From sequence record PQ567651.1: a DNA stretch of 64,000 nucleotides. The stretch is one strand, 5' to 3'. Shown in pieces: positions 47,452-56,484 of the stretch. Below the pieces are notes generated by a model. It searched no databases. It was not told the origin of the DNA and saw only the letters and a program-made list of their open reading frames with translations. The DNA is from Escherichia phage cardinal. The position numbers and the translations under genes are program-made. Numbering within the stretch: the stretch's first letter is position 1; each line of letters begins with the position of its first letter.

Positions 47452-47505
47452 CAGTGTCATTATTCATTTCAGTGTCATTATTCATTTCAGTGTCATTATT
47501 CACCA
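47452..47505. repeat. 3 tandem copies of 18-bp unit cagtgtcattattcattt
   Basis: perfect copies 1-2, third diverges at end. Confidence 0.8.
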
Positions 47506-48120
47506 TGTTTATTATTGCATAGCTTATTATATGGAGCTTATATTATAGCCAATGTTCTAAACATTAGCTAATAATAACGCACCGCAACAATGTAAGGGAT
47601 ACAATATACCATGTATATTGTTGCGCTTGCAATTGTTGCAAGCTACATAAGCACAAATAATAACTATCGGTGATGGTTATTATGTGGGGTGTGTAGTTGC
47701 GTTATTATTAGCCGCCTATGTGTCCGGCATAGGCTGCTAATGATACGCTTGCGAATTATATTTCTTGTTATAGTTATTGTATGGAATGATTACTACATGA
47801 AATGGTTACTGTATGAAATGATTATCTAAGTAATAGATAGGAAGGTAAAGATTAGATCATAAATAGATAGGATGTGAATTATTTAGTAATGTTACTAACA
47901 ATTTAATAGTTACTTTGTGCAACAATTCGATAGATTATAATTGTAGTTTTAAGGGTTAGATAGATTATATTTAGCTTAGTAATGATTTATATTAGTTATT
48001 ATTGTTTAATACAATGTTATCAATGAGATAGTAACAGTAAGTTATAAATAAAGGTGAGATAATTAGTTTTAATTTAGTTAGATAACTTATTATTTTATAG
48101 GTTAGATGGTCTTAAGTTAA

Positions 48121-48196
48121 GAATGATTCTCATTATTGCATTATGCAATTTATTGCATAAATAATCAGCTATAAATAAGAATGATTATCATTTAAG
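48121..48196. promoter_or_regulatory. Fur-box-like palindromes
   Basis: gaatgattctcattattgcattatgcaat...aagaatgattatcatttaag. Confidence 0.35.
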
Positions 48197-48406
48197 AGGA
48201 AAGACAAGAAAAAGGCTGTTTTTGCCAGGTAATTACATGAAGAAATTAAAAATAAGCGGTCTAAAACACGTTGTAAGCGCCTTATGATCTTCATGGTATG
48301 GTTGTTCATCTGCTCCTTGATTAGCTCGATACCGCGATCTATTCACTTTTTTCGGTGAACGTTTTTGATAGGTAAAAGCTATCATCTTTATTTAGGTAAA
48401 AAGAAA

Positions 48407-48423
48407 GGGCGCAATAAGCGCCC
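48407..48423 (-). terminator. terminator hairpin gggcgc-aataa-gcgccc at end of minus block
   Basis: minus strand reads hairpin then TTTCTTTTT; same hairpin (opposite orientation) at 52283. Confidence 0.6.
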
Positions 48424-48439
48424 TTGTTTGAAATGTTAT

Positions 48440-48811
48440 TTACTGATAAGCTGGATCGTTTGTTATATCAATCCAATGAGATAAATTAATTTTATTTTTT
48501 GCTTTCATTTTCTCGATCAAACGTTCGGCTAATGTTTCTGAACGAATATAAACATGCTCGCTAAAATCTTGCCCCGTTTCTTCGTCGATCATTTCTCTAT
48601 ATTCAACCTTGCCGATAAACGCATAAGTTTTACCCGTGTACCAGTTATGTAAATGGATCTCGCATTTATAATCATCGCTATACCCTTCGGTTGTTCTAAC
48701 TTCAACCAAGTCACCTTTAAACACTGATAAGCACCACATAGGATCACGATCTACAGCGCCGTTAAAATCTTTACCGTTTACAGTAGCCGCCAGGTTGATG
48801 ATATTGCTCAT
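48440..48811 (-). CDS. hypothetical protein
   Basis: track ORF. Confidence 0.5.
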   Translation of the reverse strand: MSNIINLAATVNGKDFNGAVDRDPMWCLSVFKGDLVEVRTTEGYSDDYKCEIHLHNWYTGKTYAFIGKVEYREMIDEETGQDFSEHVYIRSETLAERLIEKMKAKNKINLSHWIDITNDPAYQ

Positions 48812-48886
48812 GGTGATTCCTCGTTTACCGTTTAAAATGATTTGCCCTACACGATAACTATAAGTTAACAGAGGCTATAAAGCAAG

Positions 48887-49117
48887 TTATTTTTCAAAAA
48901 ATTTTTCTACTGTGATATTCTTCCCAGTGGGATTAGCTACTTTCAAAATTTTATCATGTACTGGACGCCCAAAAGAATAAGATCCGTATACAGTAAACCA
49001 ATAATCACCGTCAGGCTGTACTATCACCGCTGCATAGGGTACGCCTTTTTCGTTATTGCTGACAGAATAGATCACATTGCCGTTAATAGCTTCAGCGCGT
49101 TTAATTTGTTCGATCAT
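48887..49117 (-). CDS. hypothetical protein
   Basis: track ORF. Confidence 0.5.
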   Translation of the reverse strand: MIEQIKRAEAINGNVIYSVSNNEKGVPYAAVIVQPDGDYWFTVYGSYSFGRPVHDKILKVANPTGKNITVEKFFEK

Positions 49118-49136
49118 GATATGATTCCTATATTGA

Positions 49137-49196
49137 GCGGGAAACCACTTCCCGCCTTACGTGATACATCTTAGTATAAGGGCGATCCGGTGTCAA
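49137..49196 (-). promoter_or_regulatory. promoter + stem-loop cassette (PeSL-like)
   Basis: minus: TTGACA-17-TAAGAT-GTATCAC..GGCGGGAAGTGGTTTCCCGC. Confidence 0.55.
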
Positions 49197-49324
49197 TAGG
49201 TAGAATTGTAAAGATTTGATAGTTTATTTCTTTGATGTTTTGTTATTTGATAGGTGGAAGCTATCAATATATAATAAGATCGTCCGGTGATTATCTTCCC
49301 CTGCTCCCAGGTGCCGCCCGTTCA

Positions 49325-49365
49325 ATAAGCATAACAAAAAACAGGACAAAAACAAGCCCTGTTTT
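49325..49365 (-). terminator. rho-independent terminator after 49373..49576
   Basis: minus: ACAGG-loop-CCTGT followed by TTTTTTGTT. Confidence 0.5.
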
Positions 49366-49372
49366 GTAAAGA

Positions 49373-49576
49373 TTAGATGATCTGCATATCCTCCACGATA
49401 ATTTCTAATTTCCAAACAAGATGATCTAAGCTCCCTGATAAAAATGATTCCGATACATAACCGCCATCTGACACCGTAGCAAGGATCTCGCCATTTGCTT
49501 GCTCTTTGATTTGAACATCCAGGCGGTTAGCCTTTGCTTTATTCAGGACGGCGATCAGGCGGTTAGCTGTAGTCAT
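49373..49576 (-). CDS. hypothetical protein
   Basis: track ORF. Confidence 0.5.
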   Translation of the reverse strand: MTTANRLIAVLNKAKANRLDVQIKEQANGEILATVSDGGYVSESFLSGSLDHLVWKLEIIVEDMQII

Positions 49577-49598
49577 GGTGTTTTCCTTCCAGTTGTGA

Positions 49599-49654
49599 GC
49601 GGCACTATTGCCGCCCTACGAAATACATTCTACCCGATTTATAATTGTTGTCAA
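49599..49654 (-). promoter_or_regulatory. promoter + stem-loop cassette (PeSL-like)
   Basis: minus: TTGACA-16-TAGAAT...GGCGGCAATAGTGCCGC. Confidence 0.5.
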
Positions 49655-49655
49655 A

Positions 49656-49925
49656 CTATTTTTTCAAGCTCGACCAGTCAAAACACGGGGCGATCTCGTT
49701 AAAACTTGTACCATGTAAAGCACATAATTTTTTAGCAATAGCCGCCGTAACCTGGCGTTGTACGCGCGGATCTGCTACTGATTGGAGAAAATAGGCGGTT
49801 TTATATGTGATCATGCTTTCGCCTGTTTCCTTGTTAACGTGGTGCACGGTTTTAGCCTTATCATCTTTTACCAGGGTGTAACCGGATTCGATGGCCTTGA
49901 TTGCAACGTCCAAAGATATTTTCAT
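49656..49925 (-). CDS. hypothetical protein
   Basis: track ORF. Confidence 0.5.
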   Translation of the reverse strand: MKISLDVAIKAIESGYTLVKDDKAKTVHHVNKETGESMITYKTAYFLQSVADPRVQRQVTAAIAKKLCALHGTSFNEIAPCFDWSSLKK

Positions 49926-49945
49926 GATTTACCTCTTTATTGACG

Positions 49946-49965
49946 GCGGGGAATACTCCCCCGCC
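49946..49965 (-). promoter_or_regulatory. leader stem-loop ggcgggg/ccccgcc
   Basis: GC hairpin of cassette family upstream of 49656..49925; no clear -35. Confidence 0.4.
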
Positions 49966-49972
49966 TTATTAA

Positions 49973-50143
49973 TTACTCTTCATCGTCGCCGTTATAGTAT
50001 TCAATGCCGTTTTCATCGGTTACAGTAATGTTAACGCCACCGATAGCAACACGATCACGGGCAAACGTCATGGCTTCATTTAAATCTTCAGACCAAAAAA
50101 TATTGTGACCTTTGCGCGATACATAAAACATAGTTGGGATCAT
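49973..50143 (-). CDS. small hypothetical protein
   Basis: 57 aa ORF filling gap between cassettes. Confidence 0.35.
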   Translation of the reverse strand: MIPTMFYVSRKGHNIFWSEDLNEAMTFARDRVAIGGVNITVTDENGIEYYNGDDEE

Positions 50144-50165
50144 GATTTGTTTCTCTTCTGTTGTG

Positions 50166-50226
50166 AGCGGGAAACCATTTCCCGCCCTATGTGATAAACT
50201 TTACTACGTTGTTTGCCTAGTGTCAA
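50166..50226 (-). promoter_or_regulatory. promoter + stem-loop cassette (PeSL-like)
   Basis: plus: gcgggaaaccatttcccgccctatgtgata...tgtcaa. Confidence 0.5.
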
Positions 50227-50227
50227 A

Positions 50228-50512
50228 TTATTTTTTAATGTTTTGCCCTACAAAATTGATCACTTCCTTAAGCTGTTTCTCAGTCATGATCGTGCCTGGT
50301 AATTCTTCTTTGATTTCTTCCGGTAGATAGATATTACCGCGCCAGGTTAATAAACAACCGTTTTGATCTTCGCAGATAGAATAAGAGAAGATCCACTCAT
50401 TATCATTCTCAAGCTCCCAAAAGCACAAAAAATCTTCTTTCCCTAAATTTTCAACGGTTAAACATAATCCGCGACGTGCTGCATAGTTGGAAAGTGCTTT
50501 TGTGATCTTCAT
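50228..50512 (-). CDS. hypothetical protein
   Basis: track ORF. Confidence 0.5.
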   Translation of the reverse strand: MKITKALSNYAARRGLCLTVENLGKEDFLCFWELENDNEWIFSYSICEDQNGCLLTWRGNIYLPEEIKEELPGTIMTEKQLKEVINFVGQNIKK

Positions 50513-50531
50513 AGCTTATCTCTTCTGTTAA

Positions 50532-50594
50532 GGCGGGGAAACCATTTCCCCGCTCTATGAGATACAATATACTATCTGTTAGGTGTGCTGTCAA
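50532..50594 (-). promoter_or_regulatory. promoter + stem-loop cassette (PeSL-like)
   Basis: plus: ggcggggaaaccatttccccgc...tgtcaa. Confidence 0.5.
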
Positions 50595-50918
50595 TCAATA
50601 ATCTTTAAGATTTTCTACATTTACAAAAGTGCGTTTATTTTCTAAGTTTTCGCCGTACCATTGCCCCATGTTGATTTCTGCGGTGCGCAACCAGGACATG
50701 CCGCGCTCTATCTTTTTACTTGCAATCTCGATCCGGCTTTTGCATAGTGCTTTCGCTTGCAATGTAAAAACACTATTGCCCTGTAATGCTTCCAGGTCAT
50801 CATGTGCAAGGCGATACTCTTTAAAGCCTGATTCTATCATTTCAATAGCATCAAGTAAACGCGCGCGATGATAGAAAAAATCAGAGTTATCCAAATAAAC
50901 ACCGATCACAGATTTCAT
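50595..50918 (-). CDS. hypothetical protein
   Basis: track ORF, internal ATG start. Confidence 0.45.
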   Translation of the reverse strand: MKSVIGVYLDNSDFFYHRARLLDAIEMIESGFKEYRLAHDDLEALQGNSVFTLQAKALCKSRIEIASKKIERGMSWLRTAEINMGQWYGENLENKRTFVNVENLKDY

Positions 50919-51247
50919 AATTTTACCCTTTTGTTTGCGGCCTTTGCCGTTTTCAAGATATAGTTTAAAGCATAACAAAAAATTGTCAAGCCTTTAAAGC
51001 GTACAACTATAAAACCTATTAAAACACAATGTATAACAACATGGCTATAGTAGCAATACAACATAAAGCCATGCTTGTTTTCCTTCCTTCCTCGTATGCT
51101 GGATTTATTACGCTATATTGTACGGGAATAATTTTCATGCTGTTTCCTTAATGTCTTAAAACGTGGTTTACAATAGAAACAAGCATACAGAAGAAAAAAG
51201 ATCCTGTCAATAAGATACCGAAAAATAAATGTAAATAGGGCATGGTT

Positions 51248-51550
51248 TTACTCCTTAAAAAAATCATTGACAATTAAACTGATAACGCCCAGCACCAGAT
51301 CACCAGGTAGTGCCGCGCTTTCGTTGTTGCTTGTTTGCACTTCCTCACTAGTACCAGCACGATAGATTGCATGGTAAGCAATAGTATAATAACCTTTCGT
51401 TATTTCTTTAAGATTAATGATTAGCACGTTATTTGTTTCATCTTGAAACAATTTAGCGGTGATAGTATTGTTTTCTTTTACACTATCGACTTTTATTGAT
51501 GGATCATTTACACCAGAAAAAAGAAAAAACGTTTTAGCTATGCCGTTCAT
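51248..51550 (-). CDS. hypothetical protein
   Basis: track ORF. Confidence 0.5.
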   Translation of the reverse strand: MNGIAKTFFLFSGVNDPSIKVDSVKENNTITAKLFQDETNNVLIINLKEITKGYYTIAYHAIYRAGTSEEVQTSNNESAALPGDLVLGVISLIVNDFFKE

Positions 51551-51597
51551 GTAGTTCTCCTTTGTTGTGTGTATCTTATAACGTGCTTTCTATGTTG

Positions 51598-51999
51598 TCA
51601 ATCTTTTATCTCGGTGCATTTTGCCAGGGTATACGTTGCAAGTGCTGACACTAGTTTTTCATTGCTACGATCTGCGGCTGTACTGTGTACTTTTTGAATA
51701 CTTTTTAACCACGGCGTAAAATTTTGAGTAGTCAGCACACTGGTAATAATTTCACATGGCACATCTTCATTTAAGCCGTTAACAATAGATTTATCTATTT
51801 TTGCCGTTAGTTGTGTAACAGCACCATAAGCGATCATGTGTGAATCCTCCATGATTTCATCGGGGATCGCATTATTAATAAGCATGACGTTTTCCATTGC
51901 ATCAACGGCGCTTAATTCTGCTACTGTGGAGGATATCGCCGCGCTAGATGTTCCAACCATGCCAAAAGAGATTAAACCAGCGATCAATAATTTTTTCAT
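51598..51999 (-). CDS. secreted protein with signal peptide
   Basis: MKKLLIAGLISFGMVGTSSAA signal-peptide-like. Confidence 0.5.
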   Translation of the reverse strand: MKKLLIAGLISFGMVGTSSAAISSTVAELSAVDAMENVMLINNAIPDEIMEDSHMIAYGAVTQLTAKIDKSIVNGLNEDVPCEIITSVLTTQNFTPWLKSIQKVHSTAADRSNEKLVSALATYTLAKCTEIKD

Positions 52000-52007
52000 T
52001 TCTTGCC

Positions 52008-52190
52008 TCATATATGTTTTATTGAGATTATATTGTCACTATATACAACGTTTTTCAACGTGTCAATAAAAATCTTATTGCCTTCAATCCCCAGGATCAC
52101 GCCGCTAGTTATGAAGCCATATTGATCACGATATCGGGCGCATAACCTTTGCCCCTGGGCTAGTGCCTTGCTTATTTCGTCTAATTTCAT
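52008..52190 (-). CDS. hypothetical protein
   Basis: track ORF. Confidence 0.45.
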   Translation of the reverse strand: MKLDEISKALAQGQRLCARYRDQYGFITSGVILGIEGNKIFIDTLKNVVYSDNIISIKHI

Positions 52191-52282
52191 TTTTAAAGCT
52201 CCTGTAAAGCCGTCTAACGTTGATTTATAGGCTTATCCTGGCGTTACCATTGCCTATGGGTAACAAGCCTCTATATAAGCTA

Positions 52283-52310
52283 AAAGGGCGCTTATTGCGC
52301 CCTTTTTTGT
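52283..52310. terminator. bidirectional terminator hairpin gggcgc-ttatt-gcgccc
   Basis: aaaagggcgcttattgcgcccttttttg. Confidence 0.55.
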
Positions 52311-52447
52311 TATTCGTTCCAGTATCTTTTTGTGCTGCGATCTCTTTTTGTTTTGTTCCGCTTGTCGCCTTTTTTGGTGATCTCTTCGTTCCAATTTTTA
52401 CGCGCCTTGCTGCGGTTGAATTTTTCGATCTGCTGTGATGCGTTCAT
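52310..52447 (-). CDS. small basic protein
   Basis: 45 aa ORF with AAGAGGAAG RBS. Confidence 0.3.
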   Translation of the reverse strand: MNASQQIEKFNRSKARKNWNEEITKKGDKRNKTKRDRSTKRYWNE

Positions 52448-52462
52448 GTTTCTTCCTCTTAA

Positions 52463-52822
52463 TTACGCCACGTTATGCTGTTTTGCCAGGATTACGATCA
52501 TGCTTGCAATATATAACCAATAATTTTCCCGCTCACGGGTAACGGTTGTTTCTTTGCTTGTTTCTTTTATGTACTTCCATTCAATTAACAAGTGATCGAT
52601 CTCGTTATAATCAAAAGCAATATTGATTTCTGACGGTAAACCTTGTAACCAGGAGGCTATCGCCTTGATCATGTTGTGATTGTAACGTTTTTGATTATCG
52701 GGATACCAGTATTCAGATGTAAAACGGCGCATCAGTTCGGTGATCTTTTCTTTTTCTGTTGTAGTACCCTCAAAAGAAATAGCCGACACAATGTAAGTTT
52801 TAATTGCTTTTACTGATTTCAT
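52463..52822 (-). CDS. hypothetical protein
   Basis: track ORF. Confidence 0.5.
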   Translation of the reverse strand: MKSVKAIKTYIVSAISFEGTTTEKEKITELMRRFTSEYWYPDNQKRYNHNMIKAIASWLQGLPSEINIAFDYNEIDHLLIEWKYIKETSKETTVTRERENYWLYIASMIVILAKQHNVA

Positions 52823-52842
52823 AATCTTATCTCTTTATTGTT

Positions 52843-52901
52843 GGCGGGAAACCATTCCCCGCCGTTGTTGTTACTTTACTTATAAATGATGCTACTGTCA
52901 A
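52843..52901 (-). promoter_or_regulatory. promoter + stem-loop cassette (PeSL-like)
   Basis: plus: ggcgggaaaccattccccgcc...tgtcaa. Confidence 0.5.
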
Positions 52902-52908
52902 ACGGATA

Positions 52909-53079
52909 TTATTTGTTTTTTAACGTTAATGTTCCCAGCTTATCAGCGTGACGCAGACCAGGAAAGATCCATTTTCCTGATTCATCTTTTACCGGGGCTT
53001 TAAGCGTAGCGCCCAGGTTGGCGGCATTAACTTTACGTGCAACGTTGCGAGCGGCTTCACGGGTAGCGAAAGTGATCAT
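52909..53079 (-). CDS. small hypothetical protein
   Basis: 56 aa ORF with GAAGAGGAAA RBS. Confidence 0.35.
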   Translation of the reverse strand: MITFATREAARNVARKVNAANLGATLKAPVKDESGKWIFPGLRHADKLGTLTLKNK

Positions 53080-53103
53080 GATGTTTTCCTCTTCTCTTTG
53101 TTA

Positions 53104-53188
53104 GGCGGTGGGCTATTCCACCGCCTTGATGAATACAGTTTACTTTATTTTTGCAGTATTGCAAGCGGTTTTATGAAATAAATGTCAA
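53104..53188 (-). promoter_or_regulatory. stem-loop + TTGACA element (cassette variant)
   Basis: plus: ggcggtgggctattccaccgcc...tgtcaa. Confidence 0.4.
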
Positions 53189-53386
53189 AGTAAAATCATA
53201 ATCTTTTGACAGTTTATATTGCACCTTGTTACCGTATATGTCACCTTTACGTAAAGATCCGCGAATACCTATTACATCCTTTACATCTTTAAGATTTTTC
53301 ACGCCTGTAATGTCTTTATTGAAATGATCGTGATCAGAAAATAAAACCTGCTTTGCATTTTTTAACAGTGTGCGGATATTAGCCAT
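53171..53386 (-). CDS. hypothetical protein
   Basis: track ORF. Confidence 0.5.
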   Translation of the reverse strand: MANIRTLLKNAKQVLFSDHDHFNKDITGVKNLKDVKDVIGIRGSLRKGDIYGNKVQYKLSKDYDFTLTFIS

Positions 53387-53407
53387 TTGATAATCTCTCT
53401 TACTAGG

Positions 53408-53464
53408 GGCGGCACTATTGCCGCCCTATGCATTACATTTTACTGATTTTAGTTATCTTGTCAA
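53408..53464 (-). promoter_or_regulatory. promoter + stem-loop cassette (PeSL-like)
   Basis: plus: ggcggcactattgccgcc...tgtcaa. Confidence 0.5.
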
Positions 53465-53472
53465 TATTATTT

Positions 53473-53700
53473 TTAGTTTAATTGATCCAGGCACAACAAG
53501 CGATCAACATTCAGATCGGTTAGGCTAATCGTTGGCACCTGGTAGGATTCGATGTACTCAACGCTCGACCATTGCCCGAAGTTAGCGACCGCCCAGCTAT
53601 TCAAGGAAGAGTGAAGATCATCCCCTTTCTTCTCGGTGATAACTGCTACTACCTGGGAGCTTCCAACCGTACCGGATACGCGAACAATAACGATAGCCAT
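53473..53700 (-). CDS. hypothetical protein
   Basis: track ORF. Confidence 0.5.
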   Translation of the reverse strand: MAIVIVRVSGTVGSSQVVAVITEKKGDDLHSSLNSWAVANFGQWSSVEYIESYQVPTISLTDLNVDRLLCLDQLN

Positions 53701-53722
53701 AATGATAACCTTTCTTTGATTT

Positions 53723-53782
53723 GGCGGGAAACCATTTCCCGCCCTATGTGATATATCTTACACTAATTTAAAACGTTGTCAA
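53723..53782 (-). promoter_or_regulatory. promoter + stem-loop cassette (PeSL-like)
   Basis: plus: ggcgggaaaccatttcccgccctatgtgatatatctta...tgtcaa. Confidence 0.55.
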
Positions 53783-53877
53783 ATTATTTTCTATTTCTTC
53801 CGTAATAGCCCAATTTATGATCTAAGCTAAAACGTTTTGTGAGATAGGTCGAACGATGTTTCATTTTTATGTCTCCT

Positions 53878-54117
53878 TTACATTCCAACCATAGCGGCAC
53901 GGATCGCGGTTTTACTGAACTTGAATCCGTCTGGCGTTTTATCTTGATCCATACTTTCAAGAAATAACATCATATCCCGCGCTGCGTCATTCTTATTGGT
54001 GTTAGCTGCGATAAATTCACGCGCAAGATTATAAAAACCTTCATCGTTGTTGATCCAAAGGCTTACATTCCAATGAGTTTTGTTTTTGTGACCTAAGAAC
54101 ATTTTAGATTTAGCCAT
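53878..54117 (-). CDS. hypothetical protein
   Basis: track ORF. Confidence 0.5.
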   Translation of the reverse strand: MAKSKMFLGHKNKTHWNVSLWINNDEGFYNLAREFIAANTNKNDAARDMMLFLESMDQDKTPDGFKFSKTAIRAAMVGM

Positions 54118-54141
54118 GATGTTAATCTCTTTTTCAGTGAG

Positions 54142-54199
54142 GCGGGAACTATTCCCGCTCTCGATATAAGTATTATATGCTTTTTATTCGTGCTGTCAA
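54142..54199 (-). promoter_or_regulatory. promoter + stem-loop cassette (PeSL-like)
   Basis: plus: gcgggaactattcccgc...tgtcaa. Confidence 0.5.
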
Positions 54200-54205
54200 T
54201 GCTTT

Positions 54206-54571
54206 TTATAAATCTTTTTTACGTTTAACATCGCTTGCATGACTGTATACAGCGATCCCATTATCACGGCAAAAACGGGAAAGATACGCGCCGCGTGAAA
54301 ACTCTTTGCCCTCCAGGTTGATAACCTTGCTAAACTCTTCCAGGGCGACGGTATCAAAATGATCCCCATAACCATATTGAAACGGAACGTTAACGACTTC
54401 AATCAGTTTACCGCCGATCTCAACGTCAACCATCAAAGAGAAATAAGTATTACCATAAGACTTTTGAAACCAGCGACGGGCGCTAATATGTACCGCTTCA
54501 ATGCTGGATAGTTCAATTTTAGCAGTGTTAGCCAGGGTAGCATAAGCAGAAACATTGATATTTTTAGCCAT
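54206..54571 (-). CDS. hypothetical protein
   Basis: track ORF; preferred over overlapping 54196..54402. Confidence 0.5.
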   Translation of the reverse strand: MAKNINVSAYATLANTAKIELSSIEAVHISARRWFQKSYGNTYFSLMVDVEIGGKLIEVVNVPFQYGYGDHFDTVALEEFSKVINLEGKEFSRGAYLSRFCRDNGIAVYSHASDVKRKKDL

Positions 54572-54666
54572 AGTCTTTAATCTCTTTTGATTAGTTAGGA
54601 GTATTCCCGATAAAAGTTATTATGCTTGTACTATCGTTCGTTGTCAATAGCACAAGACTAAAACTT

Positions 54667-54848
54667 TTAACGATAATCATCATAGGCTTTATTGACCTGG
54701 CGAATATAGCATTCAAAAGCTAGATCAATAGATTTATATTCACGGATATAATCACCATAGGAAACCACATACATTTCTATAGCTTCCTCATATGCCAGGA
54801 TGATAGAATCTAAACCTACGATCTCAGTCTTTGCAATAATAGCCATGC
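54667..54848 (-). CDS. small hypothetical protein
   Basis: 59 aa ORF with TAAGGAA RBS. Confidence 0.35.
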
Positions 54849-54932
54849 TTTTATTCCTTAGTAATGTTTCAATCTATATAAGCATTATAGCTTACTGATT
54901 TCAGGTGTCAAGTGATTTTTTATTTCACCTTA

Positions 54933-54989
54933 TGGGGCGTTGCCCCGCTTTATGTGGTACATATTACGGGGCTTGTTCGCATATGTCAA
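54933..54989 (-). promoter_or_regulatory. stem-loop + TTGACA element (cassette variant)
   Basis: plus: ggggcgttgccccgc...tgtcaa. Confidence 0.4.
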
Positions 54990-54992
54990 GCC

Positions 54993-55547
54993 TTACACAA
55001 GACAATTTTCATAATTTTTTAGGGCTTGTCTTTTTTCCTCTTCCGTCGGCATGTATGGCTGGATCTCTTCCTCTTCCAGGGTAGGCATGATTTCTTCCTC
55101 TTCCTCCTGGTCGTCCTGGTCTTCCTCTTGCGCTACTGCAACAAGTTTATTGATCTTCTCCTGGGCTTTAATCAATTTTGCATCTAGCACCATTTTAGCG
55201 GTGTTGTATACCGTCCATGCCATGCGTTTTTCTTCGTATGCTTTATCTAGTGCGGCTAATTTAGCGGGATACTCTTCCAACACCTTAAAAGCCGGATCAA
55301 TGCTGTATAAGGGATTATTTTTAGCGTCATCGCTTGGATCTGCGGCGCTTGCAATGTCAGCGTTGCCATTCGCCAGCCATCCAGGGCGAACGGATCGCGC
55401 CTTTGTGTTGCCGTTGCTCTTTGCCGCTCGATTTCCTATCTGCTCCCCGCTATACCCTACCATGTGATCGATCATGTCATCTGGTATTATGCGCGGATCA
55501 TTAGCGTCATGCTTTACCCAGGACTGGATCACATATTCACGCCCCAT
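54993..55547 (-). CDS. hypothetical protein with acidic C-terminus
   Basis: track ORF. Confidence 0.5.
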   Translation of the reverse strand: MGREYVIQSWVKHDANDPRIIPDDMIDHMVGYSGEQIGNRAAKSNGNTKARSVRPGWLANGNADIASAADPSDDAKNNPLYSIDPAFKVLEEYPAKLAALDKAYEEKRMAWTVYNTAKMVLDAKLIKAQEKINKLVAVAQEEDQDDQEEEEEIMPTLEEEEIQPYMPTEEEKRQALKNYENCLV

Positions 55548-55809
55548 GTTCGTTCGCCTCTTCTGTTAGTAGTTTACATACCTTAAACATGCTTGCCGCG
55601 TCTTTTGACGGTAGCCAGCCTATGCGATACACTCCAGGATCTGGATTCGTTATATCTGTTAATTGAGCGTTACGATGATTAAAAATAGTGTAACCGCCGC
55701 CAGCACGGGGATAAACATTATCTTTAAACCTGATAGCGTATCTCGCCAGGTTGAACGTTGTAGCATGTTCAAAAGCGATCACATTATCAAAAACTTTTAG
55801 AAAAAACAA
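55537..55809 (-). CDS. hypothetical protein
   Basis: track ORF. Confidence 0.5.
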   Translation of the reverse strand: MFFLKVFDNVIAFEHATTFNLARYAIRFKDNVYPRAGGGYTIFNHRNAQLTDITNPDPGVYRIGWLPSKDAASMFKVCKLLTEEANEHGA

Positions 55810-55810
55810 G

Positions 55811-55957
55811 ATTATCCTCCCCAGCGTTTAAAGCCCGTTGCACGGTTATTTTTTAACTCTCGTTTTAGTCTCTTGCAACGGTTTACAAGTGCAAACCGTG
55901 CCGGAGTGGTAACAGTAGCGCCGTTTTTGGTGTGAATACTCATTACATATTGTTTCA
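55811..55957 (-). CDS. small basic protein
   Basis: 48 aa ORF with AGGA RBS. Confidence 0.3.
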
Positions 55958-55976
55958 TAAAGTTTTATCCTATGTA

Positions 55977-56030
55977 AGCGGGAACTATTCCCGCTTTAAG
56001 ATAGCTTATCAGGTTTTAGTGCAATGTCAA
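55977..56030 (-). promoter_or_regulatory. promoter + stem-loop cassette (PeSL-like)
   Basis: plus: gcgggaactattcccgctttaagatagc...tgtcaa. Confidence 0.5.
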
Positions 56031-56036
56031 CCGTTT

Positions 56037-56399
56037 TTATTCGTAAATTTTACCGCTTTCTACCCATACCATAACGCGGCGCATATTATCCCATGCATCT
56101 TGTCGCAGATTTAAGGCATGCAATTCTTCGGTTGTGCTCATACCTGGTACGGGCTTGCTATATGTTACAAAGAGATCGCCAGCATATTCATAAGCCAGGG
56201 TAAGATCACATTGAATCATCTTTTTAAGCATAGCATTAAGCATCATATTAGCGGCATGTTGATCACGTTTTAGCGGTAGCGTTGCGATCTGTGAGCGATA
56301 GCTTTCGATCCGTGCATCCACTGCATCACGTGGAAGATTTTTCACGTCGTCGCGGAAAGATACCAGGTTTAACATGATAGTATTGATTTGCTTGCTCAT
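56037..56399 (-). CDS. hypothetical protein
   Basis: track ORF. Confidence 0.5.
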   Translation of the reverse strand: MSKQINTIMLNLVSFRDDVKNLPRDAVDARIESYRSQIATLPLKRDQHAANMMLNAMLKKMIQCDLTLAYEYAGDLFVTYSKPVPGMSTTEELHALNLRQDAWDNMRRVMVWVESGKIYE

Positions 56400-56424
56400 T
56401 GTGTTACCCTTTCTTTGATGGCCT

Positions 56425-56484
56425 GGCGGGAAACCATTTCCCGCCCTATGTGATACATCTTATCAGATTAAAAAACGTTGTCAA
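56425..56484 (-). promoter_or_regulatory. promoter + stem-loop cassette (PeSL-like), best consensus copy
   Basis: minus: TTGACA-16-TAAGAT-GTATCACATAG-GGCGGGAAATGGTTTCCCGCC, about 25 nt before ATG. Confidence 0.6.

Noticed and set aside
46543-48439. tRNA genes in the large non-coding region
   Set aside because: No GTTCRANYC-type T-loop motifs or cloverleaf-compatible GC stems found by eye; would need tRNAscan to exclude fully.
49224-49415. Minus-strand track ORF of 63 aa
   Set aside because: Spans a terminator hairpin and a promoter cassette; the overlapping 49373..49576 ORF fits the cassette architecture instead.
52220-52523. Plus-strand ORFs 52220..52438 and 52332..52523
   Set aside because: Antisense to the minus-strand small gene and terminator; low-complexity, no RBS.
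54196-54402. Minus-strand ORF overlapping 54206..54571 in another frame
   Set aside because: Shorter alternative frame of the same locus; the 121-aa frame starts right after a cassette.
55051-55467. Plus-strand ORF of 138 aa
   Set aside because: Antisense to 54993..55547; Ser/Leu-rich low-complexity translation.
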